From Octopus bimaculoides (lineage: Eukaryota): 64,000 nucleotides of DNA. Positions 63,900-64,000 of the stretch are shown piece after piece. The stretch spans positions 68,957,636 through 69,021,635 of the forward strand of contig NC_068989.1 of the NCBI RefSeq assembly GCF_001194135.2, written 5' to 3'. The position numbers and the translations under genes are program-made. The notes below the pieces were generated by a model. That model worked only from the letters and a program-made list of their open reading frames with translations, ran no database searches and was not told the origin of the DNA. Positions within the stretch are counted from its first letter, which is position 1; each line of letters opens with the position of its first letter.

Positions 63900-64000
63900 T
63901 ATGTAGTTACAGGACGTCACAAAATGTAAACATGAAATACGATGACAAAATTTTGTATGCGAACAACGAGAGAAACAAATGGAAAACAAGATAAGTAACA

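Noticed and set aside
1466-63994. Numerous long ORFs in the supplied track (poly-X, YIYI, CVCV, HTHT, ERER, SLSL)
   Set aside because: They run through N-gaps or di-, tri- and tetranucleotide microsatellites, which lack stops by construction; there is no coding evidence.
63905-63994. Short open segment MKYDDKILYANNERNKWKTR at the window end
   Set aside because: About 27 codons next to a gap and the window edge; insufficient to call an exon.

Overview
AT-rich eukaryotic draft-assembly DNA, packed with microsatellites and broken by many N-gaps that are mostly flanked by (TA)n, (TG)n or (GA)n. The SINE families and microsatellite density resemble cephalopod (Octopus-like) genomes; this is inferred from recalled sequence, not from a database hit. 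Most ORF-track entries are artefacts of gaps and microsatellites. Real content: (i) dozens of tRNA-derived SINE copies in three families; (ii) decayed LINE fragments (RTE x2, CR1/L2-like, R4/Dong RLE, CRE-like RLE); (iii) a full-length but dead mariner with 27-bp TIRs and TA TSD, inserted into a SINE; (iv) two hAT transposase relics and several MITEs, one with a central head-to-head telomeric-repeat palindrome and an 8-bp TSD; (v) a Penelope-type minimal hammerhead ribozyme relic; (vi) one convincing orphan coding exon of about 300 codons on the minus strand (25515-24598). The main unexplained structure is a family of about 9 diverged 200-290 bp units, most with a CACGTG core. Six of them form a three-unit cassette present as an inverted duplication (about 45.0-47.0 kb vs 58.5-60.5 kb), and a probable third cassette starts at 62.9 kb.
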